A stretch of DNA of 64,000 bases from the human T2T-CHM13v2.0 reference genome, Homo sapiens, in NCBI RefSeq assembly GCF_009914755.1, contig NC_060942.1. One strand, given 5' to 3'. The position numbers were made by a program, and so were the translations under genes. The notes beneath the pieces were generated by a model. It did not search any database and was not told where the DNA came from. It was given only the letters and a program-made list of their open reading frames with translations. Positions 1 through 12,260 of the stretch are shown in pieces. How positions within the stretch are numbered: position 1 is the first letter of the stretch; the number at the start of each line of letters is the position of its first letter.

Positions 1-29
1 ACAAAGTATTGTTTTTTGAGAAAATCACC

Positions 30-150
30 CACCTAGTCTGAGGGTTTATTTTCTTATTTGTAAATTAAGGGTAACAATGCTAACTTCAGAAAATTTTTGT
101 AAGAATTAAATGAGGAAAGTATTTTGAAATAATCACCTAAACAAATGTTA
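30..150 (+). mobile_element. MIR SINE fragment
   Basis: Degenerate MIR core (ttttcttatttgtaaattaaggg...aagaattaaatgag). Confidence 0.5.
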
Positions 151-605
151 TTTCTAAATGAAATAAAAGGATGAAATATGTAAATGAAAATGTTATTAAT
201 AAGATGATAGTCATAAATTTAATGACGTCACAAAGTTCAGAAGGCTATTGAATTGGAATATCCAGGGAAGTTGACTTACTTTAAAGAGTCAGAATGAAGG
301 ACTGGAAAAGAAGTCAGCAACAAAATTAGAGATATAAGTGCTTGTTTAAGAGGATTTAGGTATAAGACACTTAGTGTCTTCTAGTGTACATGATAGCTTT
401 CCCCACATATTGAAATGAGATATAAGTAGAAGAGACATTGAATTTGTTGATGACTCTCCAAATGAAAGTTTAGAACTACAGAACGAAACTGTAGGAAAGC
501 CCATTTTAGTTCATCATAAGGAAGTATTTTCTAAAAATTAGATTTATGCAAAAAAGAAATCCATTTCTTCACATGGAGCTGAGAGTTTAAAAACACCCGC
601 TCAAT

Positions 606-786
606 TCACAGAATGGGAGAAAATATTTGCAAACTACCCCTCTGACAAAGGATTAACAACCAGTATATATAAGGAGCTCAATCAACTCAATAGAAAAAAA
701 ATCTAATAATCTGATTTAAAAATGGGCAAAAGATTTGAATGACATTGCTCAAAAGAAGCCATACAAATGGTAAACGAGCATATGAC
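606..786 (+). mobile_element. L1 ORF2 3' fragment (L1PB/L1MA-like)
   Basis: cacagaatgggagaaaatatttgcaaactac...aaatgggcaaaagatttgaat matches the L1 ORF2 C-terminal region. Confidence 0.85.
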
Positions 787-1070
787 TGTCTTCATTCATT
801 TTTATAGTTATGTTACACTTCATAGTGTGAATATACATAGTTTTATCCAGCAGTGCTTTTTAATGGGCAGTTATATGTTTTTGAGCTTTTTGTTGTTAAA
901 AATAACCCTGCAATGAATAGTCATATTTTGCCTATTTTGTTATGCATTTCTTCTGGTATATCTCTGGAATATAGTACTAAATGTGGGATTTCTGAGTCAG
1001 AAGGAAATGCATATGTAATTTCATTCAATGCTGACAGATTATCTTCCATGTGAGCTGTACCATATCTTTG
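787..1070 (-). mobile_element. Old L1M 3' fragment
   Basis: Degenerate antisense L1 3' region. Confidence 0.5.
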
Positions 1071-1074
1071 TATT

Positions 1075-2820
1075 GTTTTATTTTTTTACTTGACAAGTAA
1101 AGATTATGTATATTTATGGTGCACAATATGATATTTCATACATGTGTACATTGTGGAATGGCTAAATCGAGTTGTTTAAAATATCCATTACCTCAAATAT
1201 TTATTTTTTGTGTGGGAAGAAATCTTAAAATCTACTTGCAGCCATTTTCAATATATGATATATTTTTATTAACTGTAGTCATCATAATAATGGATCACTT
1301 GAGCTTATTCTTCCTATATAACTGAAATTTGGTGTCCTTTTGCCTACATTTCCCCAATCCTCCCAACCCCCAGCCTCTGCCAACTATCATTTTACTTTCT
1401 GTTTCTATGAAATTCAACTGATTTTTCACACCACTTGTAAGTGAGATAACGTGGTATTGGTCTTTCCATGTCTGGATTATTTCACTTAACATAATGTTCT
1501 CCAGATTCATTCACATTTTCACAAATGGCAGAATTTCCTTTTTTTCTTTAAAGTGAAGTAGTGTTTCCTTGTGTGTATATGACACATGTTCTTTATCTAT
1601 TTATCTCTTGAGGGACACTTAGGTTGATTCCATATTTTGGCTATTGTGAATAGTACTGCAATAAATAGGGAAGTGCAAATATCTCTTTCACATACTAATT
1701 TCATATCATTACAGTTATTAATATATACCCAGTAGTGAGATTGCTGGATTATATGGTAGGGGGGAATCTCCATACTATTTTTTATAATGGCTATACTAAT
1801 TACATGCCCACCAAGTGTGCCAGGGTTCACTTTTCTCCACATCCTCACCAACGCTTATTTTTTTTTCAGTAACATTCAAAATTCATTCTAATAGATGTAA
1901 GGTGACATCTCATTTTGGTTTTGATTTGCATTTTCCTGATGTTTGATATTAAGCATATTTTTTTCTATACCTGTTGCCATTTTTGTGTGTTCTTTTAAGA
2001 AAGTCTATTCAGATACTTTGTCCATTTTTAAATTAGTTTGTTTCCTTACTATTTAATTCGTTGAATTCCTTATATATTGTGGATATTAACACCTCATCAG
2101 ATTTATGGTGTGTAAATATATTCTCTCATTCTTGTTTCTTTACTCTTGATTATTCCTTTGCTGGGCAGAAGGTTTTTAGTTTGATGAATTTCATTTGTCT
2201 ATTTTAATTTTTGTTGCCTGTGCTTTGGGTTCATATTCAAAAAATCTTTGTCCAGAGTAACATCATGGTGATTTTTCTCTATGTTTTCTTACAGTAGAAT
2301 TACTATTTCAAGTAATGTATTTGTCTTTAATCCTGTTGAGTTGATTTTTGTATATGGTGTGAGGTGAGGATCTAATTTCATTCCTCTGCATGTGAATATC
2401 CAGTTTTCCAGCACCATTATTTTATACACTGTTCTTTCCCCCATTGTGTGTTCTTGGCCCTTATATCAAAGATTAATTGACTATAAATACATGGATTTAT
2501 TTTTGGGTTCTCTATTTCATTCCACTGTCTATGTGTCTTTTTTATGCCAGTGACATGTTCTTTTGAACACTATAGCTTTTTAGTAGATTTTGAAATCAGG
2601 TAGCATAATGCCTCTGTTCTTTTTGGTCAAGACTGCTTTGGATATTGGAGCCTTATCTGTGAAAAATGTCATTGGAATTTTGATACGGATTGCATTGACT
2701 CCATAGACATCTTTGAGTAGTATGCACATTTTAACAATATCAATTATTCTAAACCATGAACAATGGAAATCTTTCCTTTTGTGTCTTTGGCAATTCCTTT
2801 CATCAATGTTCTATAGTTTC
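1075..2820 (-). mobile_element. L1MA (MA8/9-like), 5'-truncated
   Basis: T-rich tail, then L1MA 3'UTR (ggaatggctaaatc, gtaagtgagataacgtggtattggtc) and antisense ORF2; minus ORFs 1295-1510 and 1597-1851 are L1-like. Confidence 0.9.
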
Positions 2821-3009
2821 AATGGGGCTGTATTGTTTTTTTTCCTAATACTATCTTATGAGAGTCCCGTTTCATCAGAGTTTTGCAACAGTGTTTACTG
2901 TCAAACTGTTGATTTTTACCCTGTAAGAAAGAAACTGAACCAAGATGTAGTTTTCATTTTTAGTTTTATGAGTAGATGAAAGATTGAAAATATTTTTAAC
3001 ACATTTAAG

Positions 3010-3525
3010 AGCCATTTCACTGTTGGTAGGAATGTAAATTAGTTCAGCCACCGTGGAAAACAGTTTGGAGGCTTTTCAAAGAGCTTAAAATGGAACTATC
3101 ATTCTATCCAGGAATCTACTGGGTATGTAGCCAAAAGAAAATAAATGGTTCCGTCAAAAAGACACACACACTTGTATGTTCATCTCAGCAAAATTCACAA
3201 TAGCAAAAACATTTAATCAACCTAGGGGCCTATAAACTAAGAACTGGATAAAGAAAATGTGGTGCATATACACCATGTCTTTTGCAGCAACACAGATGCA
3301 GCTGGAAGCTTCTATCCTAAACAAATTAATATAGGAACAGAAAACCAAAAGCCGCATATTGTCACTTGTAAGTGGGAGCTGAACTTTAGTCCTCATGGGC
3401 AGAAAGATGGCAACAATGGACACTGGGGACTATCAGAGGGGGAAGAGTGGGGCAAAGTTTGAAAACCTACCTATTGAGTACTAGCTCACTACTGGGGTGA
3501 GGGGATAATTTGTACCCCAAACATC
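3010..3525 (+). mobile_element. L1PA/L1PB 3' end
   Basis: cactgttggtaggaatgtaaattagttcagcc...cttgtaagtgggagctgaac...gtaccccaaac. Confidence 0.85.
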
Positions 3526-3549
3526 TAGGTTGCTATTAGATTTACTATT

Positions 3550-4090
3550 TTGTGTGCATGTGTTCAAGTTTGTCTACTCTTTCCCTGTTTCTTTTGGATT
3601 TGAAACATATTTAAGTTTGCCACAATCCTACACTTAAGAGAAATTCACCTGAATTTTCCTCTAGAAATTTATCCTCGTGTAATTCATTTCAGTTTGCAGC
3701 ATAAAAGATAGCTTAATATTATATTCCCCATTATAGATATTTTTAATAGGTCCCAACACTACTTATTAAAAAGGGCATCTTTTCCTAATTAATTTTAGAA
3801 TCTGCCTTATTGTAATAAATGAACCTATGTCACGATACATTTATGACTGTCCTACTCAATTTCATTGTTCAGACTTTTTACCCATAAACCAATATGAAGT
3901 AGTTTTAGTTTTAAAAGATTTATACGATGTTTTAATAACTGATTAGGCTAGTTCACCTTTTTTCTCCTTCTTAAATTTCCTGGCCAATTTTGTTTGTTCT
4001 ATAAAATAAACTTTAAAATCAACTTGACCAGCTCAAGTAGAAAACTTAATGTTGGCTTATCTGGGATTGTGTTAAATTAAAATATTACTT
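3550..4090 (-). mobile_element. Old L1ME-type fragment, continuing past the Alu
   Basis: Highly diverged antisense ORF2-like sequence (ataaactttaaaatcaacttg, gggattgtgttaaatt). Confidence 0.5.
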
Positions 4091-4103
4091 AAGAAGAATA
4101 AGC

Positions 4104-4413
4104 AGCTGGGCATGGTGGCTTATGCCTATAACCCCAGCACTTTGGGAGGTCGAGGCGGGCGGATCATGAGGTCAGGAGATCCAGACAATCCTGGCTAACA
4201 CGGTGAAACCCCGTCTCTACTAAAAATACAAAAAAATTATCCGGGCGTGGTGGCGGGCACCTGTAGTCCCAGCTACTCGGGAGGCTGAGTTAGGGGAATC
4301 GCTTGAATTCAGGGGGCGGAGGTTACAGAGAGCCTAGATCGAGCCATTGCACTCCAGCCTGGCGACAGAGCCAGACTCCCTCTCAAAAAACAAACAAACA
4401 AACAAACAAAAAA
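4104..4413 (+). mobile_element. Alu (AluSc/Y-like) with (CAAA)n tail
   Basis: Full dimer; flanking direct repeat AAGAATAAGCA(GCT) as TSD. Confidence 0.97.
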
Positions 4414-6343
4414 TCAAGAATAAGCAGCTTGACTATGTTAAGCCTTCCTATCCTAGAATATAAACTTGTCTGTATTCCTTCAAGGCGACTTTTTAATTTT
4501 TAGGCTGATTTTATTATTTTTCCCATGTCAATAAGGTAGCTGGTCTCCAGGATATCTACCAATTATACATATGTATGTATCTCCCAAATATACATACTTT
4601 TTTTTGAGAGTTGAATCTCCCTTATTCTTTTTATTACATTTTTGGTAGATATTTCCGAAAATATGATTTCTATATAAAAATTATTCGTATGATTTTTTCC
4701 TGTTTTATGTTATTAATTTCTACTTTTATTTATCTTAACCCCTTCCATATACTTCCTTTTCATTTCCTTAATTTTTCTTTTCACAGATTCTCAAGTTGGA
4801 TGTCCAATGAAGATATTTAATGGTATAAATTTTATACTAAAATATTTTATACTGAAATACTTTACATTAAAAATTTATTATATTATTTAGTATATATTAT
4901 GTTATTTAGTATATACTTTATACTAAAAATATATGATTATGATGACATATACCTATCTTTCACTTTTCTGTAGTCCATGTCTGGTTTTTGAGTGTATGCT
5001 CTATTTTTCTGTTTTCTGAAATAATTTTTATGTGATTGAAATTAACATTCCCACTTCAATTTCTTTTCTGTTAATTTTCACTTTATTATTTATCTTTTTT
5101 ATTCTAAGTGCTGTATTGCATTTTTTTGTTTATACATTCTCTTCATCTGTGAATATTTTAGGTTTTACAGCTTTTATTTCTAGAAATCTTATTTAGCTTT
5201 TCCAGGGATCAGTGGATCCAACTTATCCATTTTTTTTTCATAATTTCAATGCCTTCTTTTATTGCTTTTCACTGATTAAATTCACAATTATATTACGACC
5301 TTAGATAATTCAATTTTAAGTCTTTTAGATGTAACTATACTATTTATTATTTCATCTGTGAGATTTTACTCCTAGAAGCAGAATTATGAACTTATTTAGA
5401 AAAAGAGTTTGATGATAGAAATTCAACCTTTTAAAATTGCGGGTACTGGTGAATTACACATAGATCAGGTGTTTCTTCTGCATCTGATACTGAGCCTGAT
5501 GTTGTGGAACAGGCAGTAGGGGAAAAACATATGAACAGGAAGTGAGGGAGAACAGGGAAAATTGAAATAGTCACTGGCACTCCACATCTCCTAGTTTCTA
5601 ACCTTGATGTCACAGATGACTTGTGCCAGGAGGAACTGTCACTCTGCCATAGAGCCACACTGACACCTTGCCAGAATTTGGTGGGATAGAGCAGGGGTGT
5701 GGGAGGCAGGAGCTTTCAAATAGTTGCTGCCTATGCAACAAAGTGAGTCCAAACATCCTCCAAAATATGAATATGACTATTTACATTAAGCTCTTAAGTG
5801 GATGGATCTCCTGCTCTGCTTCCAAATGTCATGGAAATAAAAATCTGTGTCCAACAGTAATGGAAAGTTTAGAGAAGGAAATTATGGGACCCTATTTTGT
5901 TTCAATCAAGCTGGCACATTTAAAGCCACCAGAGTTATATATGCTGTCACCTACTCATGGTGGCTTCTTTACTTGTGCTCACTGATTTCTGTTTATTGTG
6001 AACCATTGGTTCTTGATCTTATTTTATGGGAGAGCGCTTCTCTGAGGTTGATTTTTTTTTCATCTTGGCATTTGTTTGGGCCACAAATGTAATGTGAATT
6101 CAGGATTTGAATGTTTAGAATTTAAGAGTAGATTTTTTTTTCTGTTTTCTTCATGTTACCAAGATTCAAGGATAAGAGAGACATAGTCTCATTATTTCTT
6201 CTTTTGTTATTCCTAATTTACTCACTGAGGGTGCTGTTCTTTGGGGATCCTAGCTTAATGCAGGCCATCATTTTTGACCTATGGACCTGCTCAGGCCACT
6301 GGCTTTGTTTCTGAACCCGGTTTAATAAGTGCATTAAAATGCA

Positions 6344-6618
6344 TGCTGTGGTGGCTCACACCTGTAATCCCAGCACTTTGGGAGGCCAAGGCACGCAGAT
6401 CACAAGACCATCCTGGCCAACATGGTGAAACCCCATCTCTACTAAAAATACAAAAATTAGCTGGTCGTAGAGGCACACACTTGTAGTCCCAGCTACTCAG
6501 GAGGCTGAGGCAGGAGAATGAATTGAAACCAGAAGGGAGAGGTTTCAGTGAGCGGAGATCGCGCAACTGCACTCCACCCTGGCAACAGAGCAAGTCTTTG
6601 TCTCAAAAAAAAAAAAAA
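6344..6618 (+). mobile_element. AluS with short left-arm deletion
   Basis: Alu dimer and A-tail; TSD AAAATGCA. Confidence 0.95.
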
Positions 6619-6743
6619 TGCACTCTCAAACATACCAGGTATTAGCAGATATGCCAATAACAAAAACAAACAGTGCTTTATTATTTCTTTGCATTGAAAC
6701 AAGTCTTCTGGCTTCAACAGAATCTGTAATGATCCCAACAGCT

Positions 6744-6767
6744 TATCTATGTATCTATGTATCTATG

Positions 6768-6815
<48 letters not shown>
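6744..6815. repeat. Compound tetranucleotide STR (TATCTATG)3(TATC)12
   Basis: Counted directly. Confidence 0.97.
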
Positions 6816-7339
6816 ATTGTATATAGCTTTTCATAACCAAACTGTAGCTACATCCAAAAGCCACTTCTACCCAAATTCTGAGAGAAGAAAGGGAGAGAAT
6901 GGTGTTACTGATGCCAAGGAGCCAAAGTCAACTAATGGACGTGAAAATCAGTGGTCCTGCATAGCAGATGTTAGAGAGACTGAGATGCCAGCTGTTGCCA
7001 GCAACACTGCACAAAGCAGAAAGGGACAGAAAATAAAGTCTCAATTCTTCCCTTCTCCCTTCTCCTAACTATGCCATCTGTTGCCCTAACCCATCCAGCA
7101 GCCAGCAGGCACAGCAGTTGGTCTCTAGTTTTTCAACTGGTCGCCATTACTACCTTAGAGAGCAGAGCGGAGTAAGGTCAAGGAAAGAATCTCAGGACAA
7201 ACAAGCCTAAAAATTTACGTAGAGTCTTACATTATTCTAGCTTGATTCCAAAAAGTAAAAGAAATTTGATTTATATTTAAAAACACAATATGTGAAGGCA
7301 GTAAAATTTCAAATTATGACTTTGAAAGTTGGTATAATT

Positions 7340-7455
7340 ATTTCCATTTTACAAATAATAATTTAAAATAAATAACAGTTGAGGTTCAAAGAAGTAAATA
7401 ATCTTTCCAAAACTGGCGTAGCTAGTTAATAATAGTGCCTGGAATAGAATTTTCT
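7340..7455 (-). mobile_element. MIR fragment
   Basis: ccattttacaaat...gaggttcaaagaagtaaataatctttccaa...gctagttaa. Confidence 0.6.
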
Positions 7456-8445
7456 CCTTTATCTTCTGATTGACATCACCAAGTAACTCAATGTCCATAA
7501 AACTGATATTTAGCCTCATTGCCACAGAATCACATTCAAGATGAACTGGGAGACAAGATCCCAGTTGTAAATAGTAATTGCATGTACTTTTCCCAACTTC
7601 ATTCTTGGGATACTCTCTGGGAAATTATGAGAACTCAAGACAAATAATGTTTGTTGTACAGATATTTACATCTACAAATGCTTTTGATCCTGACTACAAA
7701 TGCAAATACCCAAAAGAAGTGAGCAGTGGCTCCTCCTAGTAATTAGGATCCCCCAAGGATTTAATTAGTGCAGCATCCAAGTTCATCTGCTTGCCACATT
7801 CCCCAGGGGTTGGTATCTATTGTGAGTTGCATAGCAAATCGGCCAGCTATTCCCAGGAAACTCTTGGCTGTGGAGAATCAGATTCTATTCCCACCCCCCA
7901 CCCCCCAGCGATGTATATGTAAGGTAAGAAGAACAGGAGACTGTATTTCAATTTGTATCATGGTTTTCTTGTCCAGATAAAAGAACTGGATGGACAGCCA
8001 CTCCTTCATTCACAGGGATTGTGTACTCGACTTCATGCCTGATCTCCTGAAGACAATATCACTTGTAACATTTTATGTATGTTAATTTAATCATTCACTT
8101 ATCTTCCTGATCTGGTTTTATTTGTAAGAAGTGTGATTAGATTAAATGAGGGATTTCTTTCAGCTTTGAAAGCCTGTGTTGCTAGACAGAAATGTGTTTT
8201 TAATTGGACCTCAATCTATAAATAATAATGAATACATGCTACTGCTATTATTGCCACTACAACTAGAAATAATAGTAATGTAATCTTGTCTGTACACATT
8301 AGTTTCATCAATATAATCTATTTTATTTTTTCAACAGTGCTGCATTTCAGCAAAGCTAATAGGTTGGTGAGTCTAAGGCCAAATGGGATGAACTGATGAA
8401 ATGCGTTTGAACTTTACTTGCATAAAACAATAAAGAGATGTTTCC

Positions 8446-8881
8446 TTTTTTAAAAAAAATTTACTTTAAGTTCTGGGATAGATGTGCAGAACGTGCAGGT
8501 TAGTTACATAGATATACATGTGCCATAGTGGTTTGCTGCACCCATCATCAACCCATCATCTAGGTTTTTAGCCCCTTATGCATTAGGTATTGGTCTTAAT
8601 GCTCTCCCTCCCCTTGCCGCCACTTCCCAACAGGCCTCAGTGTGTGATGTTCCCCTCCCTGTGTCCATGTATTCTCACTGTTCACCTCCCACTTATGAGT
8701 GAGAATATGCAGAGTTTGGTTTTCTGTTCCTGTGGTAGTTTGCTGAGAATGATGCCTTCCAGCTTCATCCATGTCCCTGCAAAGGACATGAGCTCATTCT
8801 TTTTTATGGCTGCATAGTATTTCATGGTCTTTATCATGACCATGATTTTCTTTATCCAGTCTATCATCAATGGGCATTTGG
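8446..8881 (-). mobile_element. L1PA (PA8-13-like) 3' end
   Basis: tttactttaagttctgggatagatgtgcagaacgtgcagg...; TSD-like GAGAYRTTTC at 8435-8444 and 8882-8891. Confidence 0.93.
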
Positions 8882-9579
8882 GAGACATTTCTATAAAAAC
8901 AGTACAAGGGAAAATTATTAACCATGAGAATGAAGAAAAGAACAGTTGGTCTCTATAGAAAAATATTTTTCAATGAAGTTTTAAAATAAAAATAAAATTG
9001 TAAGCTTCCTACTGAGTGAACAGATCCCTCTCTTGGTCAAGGGGACCCCAGATAAACCTTAAAATCTGAGTTTCCAGCCATGACAGGATGGATGGTCAGA
9101 CATGCCTCATTATACCTCACCGTTTTGCAGTTTGGAGACAACAATTGACCAGCATTAATGTTAAAATGGAGATTGTGCACTAACAGAATGGACTCTTTGT
9201 GGCAATAAGATACCAAATTATAAACAAGACCCAAGGCCATTCCAGGCAATGGTCTAGTCATGCACCCCTAACATTTAAAGAATACACCATGTTCTGACAG
9301 CCACAAGATTTTTCTTTTTCTTTAAACAAGCACTAGCCTTGAGATAAGACCCAATGAGGCAATTGCAGCTCCACCAGACACTGAGTAACTGATCCCCAGT
9401 ACCAATTCCATATTCCGTAACTACAGCTTTGATGGGACAAGACTACTTTCAGTAACTTTCTCCTGGTTAGAAAACCAGCAACCGTGGACTGGTTCTGGCT
9501 GAGTGACTTAAGCGCCTTCATTTACATGTATTACATTTTAAAGTCAGAAGATCTATACGTTTAGAAAATAGACTTTATG

Positions 9580-9648
9580 TCTTATAATGGGTTACAGCCG
9601 GCAAGGTGGTCATAATGGCCACTTTGCCGGCTGTAACCCATTATAAGA
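9580..9648. repeat. Near-perfect inverted repeat, 34-bp arms, 1-nt spacer
   Basis: 9580-9613 vs reverse complement of 9615-9648: 32/34 identical; both mismatches are G-U on + strand RNA. Confidence 0.97.
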
Positions 9649-10010
9649 ATGGTCAAAGGTGTTTTAAAGGGCCTAATTGTGAAACACTTAAATGTTAAGA
9701 CTCCACCCCAAAGTGAACATGGGCCATGTTACATGCATGTTTGTTCAGTACACATGTGTCCGGCCCTTCTTCATTAATATTCATAGCTCTTTCAGCAGCC
9801 TCCTGAATATGTATATTGATGAACGTGAATATGTATATGTACAGCCAACCCATTCAGCATAAAGCTCCTACCACAATCCCCTCCATCAAAGTGCCTGTCT
9901 CTGGTCTTTGCTGGAGGCTCTGCTTCCCAGCCTGTCAGGCTGACCGTCTTGCAGGCTGTAACGCTTTATAAGAAATAAAGTCTGTTTTCTAAACTTACAG
10001 ATCTTATGAC

Positions 10011-10310
10011 TTTTTTTTTTTTTTTTTTTTTTAGAAGGAGTCTCGCTCTGTCGCCCAGGCTGGAGTGCAGTGGCGGGATCTCAGCTCACTGGCAAGCTCC
10101 GCCTCCCGGGTTCAGGCCGTTCTCCCGCCTCAGCCTCCCGAGTAGCTGGGACTACAGGCGCCCGCCACCACGCCCGGCTCATTTTTTGTATTTTTAGTAG
10201 AGACAGGATTTCATTGTTTAGCCAGGATGGTCCGATCTGCTGACTTCGTGATCCATCCGCCTCAGCCCCCCACAGTGCTGGGATTAGAGGCGTGAGACAC
10301 TGCGCCTGGC
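10011..10310 (-). mobile_element. AluY inserted in the LTR 3' end
   Basis: Antisense dimer with poly-T; TSD ATCTTRTGACTTTT. Confidence 0.97.
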
Positions 10311-10589
10311 ATCTTGTGACTTTTAAAGTTGACATGAATATATTATTACTGGTGTTCTCAGATAAATTCATGTTTGGTACTCCTGGGCCACATAGGTTGT
10401 ATGTTAGTGCTTCACTCTGCCAGGAAAATTGAAGCTCCTCCCTTTCTTTTTCTGGGATAGCCCCTGCATTTAATGTATATCTCAAATTTACCACCGTATC
10501 GTCATAGTACTTCATACCACCTATTATTGCCTGAAGATTTTTTTTATCTATCAACTCTCTATTGTCTTACTATCTCACTCCTCTGTAAT

Positions 10590-10700
10590 TCAAACTCAAT
10601 AAAAGCAAATATTTATTTCTAAAGTTCAGTGCTGTATCCCCGGAGCACAGAGCAGTGCCTTTAATATAGCAAAACTCATTAAATATTTGTTGAATTAATT
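10590..10700 (+). mobile_element. L2 3' end
   Basis: gctgtatccccggagcacagagcagtgcct...aaatatttgttgaatt. Confidence 0.7.
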
Positions 10701-10963
10701 GTTAAGCTATTAAATCTATGAGAAAAAATATCATTGAAATATTTCATATTATCTTTATTTTTAAAGCTTGTTACTCAAAAAGTTATAACTATTTAAACTA
10801 TTCTGGATAAACACATTATTATCAAATATTGAGGGTAAATCTTTTTTTAATCTGGGGTCAAACCAATCTCTTTTGTTGGAATGCCTAAAATCAAGTAGAA
10901 CAAGCTTTCTGATATTACTAAAAATTAGTAGAACAAATTAGTAGAATATTAAAAATTATTTAG

Positions 10964-11196
10964 AGAAATAAGCCAGTCACAAAAAGATAAACACTATGTG
11001 ATTCCACTTATAGGAGTTGCCTAAAGTACTCAAATTCACAGAAACGCAAAGTAGAATGGTTATTACTAGGGGATATAGGGAGGAGGAACATGGGAGCTGT
11101 TTAGGGGATATAGACTCAGTTTTATAAGATGGTAAAGTTCTGGAAATCTGTTTCATAAATATGAGAATATACAAAACACTACTAAACTGCACACTT
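10964..11196 (+). mobile_element. L1MB 3'UTR fragment
   Basis: gaaataagccagtcacaaaaagataaacactatgtgattccacttata...actaaactgcacactt. Confidence 0.85.
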
Positions 11197-11479
11197 CCCC
11201 ACAGATTCACACAATGCTTTTATGGGCACTATTTGGAATCATGTCATTACTTACATTGCCTGTATCTTTTCAGCATGTGTTAAAACACAGTGCACTTATA
11301 CTACTGGCAAGGCTGGAGATGAACATGAATTATCAGGTTAGAAATGCACTTTGTGGCCCAAGAGAACCGCAGTTGCAAATGAATTTGAACACTGCTGTGG
11401 GTATTTCACATCTAAAACCAGAATTTAGCACTAGCACTGTGAAATGATTTTACTTTGAAAAACTGAAGTGGCCAAATCA

Positions 11480-11800
11480 CCTACCAACCTAAAATATCTT
11501 AAATGGCTTCTCTTCTTTTCAGGGAAAGACTCAATACTCTGGGTTTTCCTATAAATCTGGGCCCTCCATGATCTGCTTCAAAATTTTCATCCTCATCTCC
11601 CATTACCACCCAGGTTCTTCTCAGACACATTCAATATTCCACCAACATTCACAGGCCATGAGAGTTCACATTTCAAGAGCTTTTAACTACGCTCTTTGCT
11701 GCAGAAATGCCTTTCAATCCTTTCTCTTGCCTGTTGAAATTATACTAAATGGACCTAGTTAATCATTTCTTTGGAAGCCCTCCCTGATAGATTTGTCCCA
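11480..11800 (+). mobile_element. L2 fragment
   Basis: Pyrimidine-rich L2-like sequence (aatggcttctc..., gcagaaatgcctttc, ggaagccctccctga). Confidence 0.5.
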
Positions 11801-11972
11801 ACTCAGACATTCCCTAAAGCAAAGTTAACTAATTTTTCTGAGATCCCACAAAGACACAGCATGCTATCAATGTGAATAAATGTAAGACAATATTTGGCCT
11901 GGTAAGAACCCAAAACGTTAATGTTTTTTCGTTAGTAGTCCCTCTCCAAGAGACTCCAAGATATATTATTTC

Positions 11973-12260
11973 CTTTGTTTCTTTTTTTAGACAGTTTCAC
12001 TCTTGTCACCCCGCAATGGCGCAATCTCCGCTCACTGCAACCTCCGCCTCCTGGTTTCAAGTGATTCTCCAGCCTCAGCCTCCTGAGTAGCTGGGGTTGC
12101 AGGCGCCCACCACCATGCCCGGCTAATTTTTGTATTTTTAGTAGAGATGGGGTTTCACCATGTTAGCCAGGCTGGTTACAAATGCCTGACTTCTGGTGAT
12201 CTGCCCTTCTCGGCCTCCCAAAGTGCTGGGATTACAAGTGTGAGATACTGCACCTGGCCC
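11973..12260 (-). mobile_element. AluS
   Basis: Antisense dimer with small deletion; TSD CCAAGATATATTATTTC. Confidence 0.96.

Larger units (their letters stand above)
8978..10334 (+). mobile_element. ERV1 MER4-group solo LTR, interrupted by a fold-back insert and an Alu
   Basis: aaataaaataaaatt...ccctctcttggtcaaggggacccca...cagacatgcctcattatacc; AATAAA at 9974-9979; ends ...gttgaCA; possible 4-bp TSD tgaa. Confidence 0.8.

Noticed and set aside
364-380. Short palindrome aagacact-t-agtgtctt
   Set aside because: An 8-bp stem is expected by chance in 64 kb of AT-rich DNA.
10081-10554. 157-aa minus ORF
   Set aside because: C-terminal half is Alu and the rest resembles no protein I recognise.
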